Shown here piece after piece: positions 55,169 through 56,321 of a stretch of DNA of 56,321 nucleotides. The translations under genes were made by a program, and so were the position numbers. Under the pieces are notes generated by a model. The model saw only the letters and a program-made list of their open reading frames with translations, did no database searches and was not told where the DNA came from. Numbering within the stretch: the first letter of the stretch is position 1; each line of letters starts with the position of its first letter. This stretch comes from a virus. Its lineage: Duplodnaviria > Caudoviricetes. The stretch covers positions 1 to 56,321 of IMG/VR virus record IMGVR_UViG_3300035682_000045. The stretch is one strand, 5' to 3'.

Positions 55169-55177
55169 TGATATAAT
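55169..55177 (+). promoter_or_regulatory. Extended -10 promoter TGATATAAT
   Basis: After the terminator and before SD AGGAG at 55211. Confidence 0.6.
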
Positions 55178-55221
55178 AGCCTTATTAGTCATATCACCAC
55201 TACGACTATAAGGAGAGAATT

Positions 55222-56321
55222 ATTAAGAAATTAATAAGAACAGGTATTGTTCTATCTTTAATTTTAGTACCACTATTTTTATCCACAGATAAAGCTCATG
55301 CAGCAGAAGGTTTGACTGCTCAAGTCTATAATGTGCAGGGTCAAAATGCTTCCCCATATATCCCACAGGGTTCCTCTCCAGTACTAACTACAAACGTACC
55401 CAACATTGACCACCAATGGGGTTCTGGTAGCGTCTTAGGTGGCCCAGCAGAGGACGTTATTGTACGTTTTACGGGCTCAATCAGAAGTGACTCTACTCAA
55501 AATATATCCTTTATGGCTACAGGAGATGACGGTACCAGGCTCTACATTGATGGAGCATTAATAACAGATGATTGGGTTGACAAGGGTGGTGGAGGATCAA
55601 CCTCTGCTCCAGTATCTTTTACAGCAGGAGTTCCAAAAACCATAGAATTAATGTACTATGAAAATGGTGGGGGAGCAAATGTATTCCTATATTGGGATCA
55701 ATCTGGATCTATGGGAATTGTCCCAGCATCAGCCTTTACTTCACAAGCAGCCCCAGTAGTAAGAACAATAGGTGCTCCAAGAAATCTTACAGTAACAGAT
55801 GGGGAAACTTCAACATTATTAATTTGGGAAGCCCCTAATACTGGTAATACTCAACCAGAAAGATATGCAATAGGTCTTAACACTGAAGGGCAAAATGGTT
55901 GGGGTATTGCAACTGGAAATGTTGGAGATGCTAACGCATTAAACACAACAATAACAATTAATCATTCTTTACTTGAAAGCCTAATGCCAAGCGGAACTGT
56001 ATGGTCATTTCATATTAGATCAGACAATGACACGTTAGGAGTTTACTCTGAAAATTCAAATGTTGTTACACTTAAAATTGGAAAAACTGCAGAGGAAATT
56101 GCAGCAGAACAGGCAGCAGCACAGGCTGCTATTGATGCAGAGAATGCAAGATTAGCAGCCATCGCTGCAGAAGAAGCAAGACTAGCAGAGATTGCACGAT
56201 TAGAAGAAGTTGCTAGGCTGGCTGAAATAGCAAGACTTGCAGAGGTTGCTAGACTAGCAGAAGTCGCTAGACTTGAAGCAGAAGCAGCAGCATTACTGGC
56301 AGCTCAACAAGAAGCAGCACG
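55222..56321 (+). CDS. Exported PA14-domain plus FN3 protein with a helical stalk; 3'-truncated; probable ATT start (not in ORF track)
   Basis: Signal peptide IKKLIRTGIVLSLILVPLFLSTDKAHA; PA14 motifs GDDGTRLYIDG and YYENGGGA..LYW; FN3 APRNLTV...WEAP; RLAE(I/V)A repeats. The frame is open to the window end. Confidence 0.8.
   Translation, partial: MKKLIRTGIVLSLILVPLFLSTDKAHAAEGLTAQVYNVQGQNASPYIPQGSSPVLTTNVPNIDHQWGSGSVLGGPAEDVIVRFTGSIRSDSTQNISFMATGDDGTRLYIDGALITDDWVDKGGGGSTSAPVSFTAGVPKTIELMYYENGGGANVFLYWDQSGSMGIVPASAFTSQAAPVVRTIGAPRNLTVTDGETSTLLIWEAPNTGNTQPERYAIGLNTEGQNGWGIATGNVGDANALNTTITINHSLLESLMPSGTVWSFHIRSDNDTLGVYSENSNVVTLKIGKTAEEIAAEQAAAQAAIDAENARLAAIAAEEARLAEIARLEEVARLAEIARLAEVARLAEVARLEAEAAALLAAQQEAA

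Noticed and set aside
1-56321. tRNA/rRNA genes, integrase, lysis genes, stop-codon reassignment
   Set aside because: Intergenic gaps are short with no cloverleaf seen; no integrase or endolysin motifs recognised; genes are full length under the standard code and TAA, TAG and TGA are all used as stops.

Overview
A 56.3-kb piece of a tailed (siphovirus-like) dsDNA phage genome. It is AT-rich, and all credible genes lie on the + strand. Gene order: a cluster of repeat-built fibre genes (the first cut by the window edge and missing from the ORF track); a class II (B12-dependent) ribonucleotide reductase; head genes (portal, protease/scaffold, capsid); neck and tail genes, tape measure, hub and a large Ig/FN3 fibre; a replication/recombination module (DnaB, primase, SSB, DnaE, MazG-like, RecA, Cas4-like, RuvC-like); terminase; and two signal-peptide proteins (the last cut by the edge and not in the track). 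Gene content, extended -10 promoters and apparent leaderless genes suggest an actinobacterial host (inference). The most notable observation is that the usual frameshifted G/GT tail-chaperone pair appears to be replaced by two paralogous genes, a fused 'GT' and a stand-alone 'G', each with its own promoter. Also notable: a pure Pro/Phe (PPFF)n tandem repeat in the fibre, a pair of exported surface-type proteins (one probably starting at ATT), two promoter classes, and a nested scaffold start with a recurring hydrophobic-x-K-S/A cleavage-like motif. All calls come from reading the sequence by eye; no searches were run.
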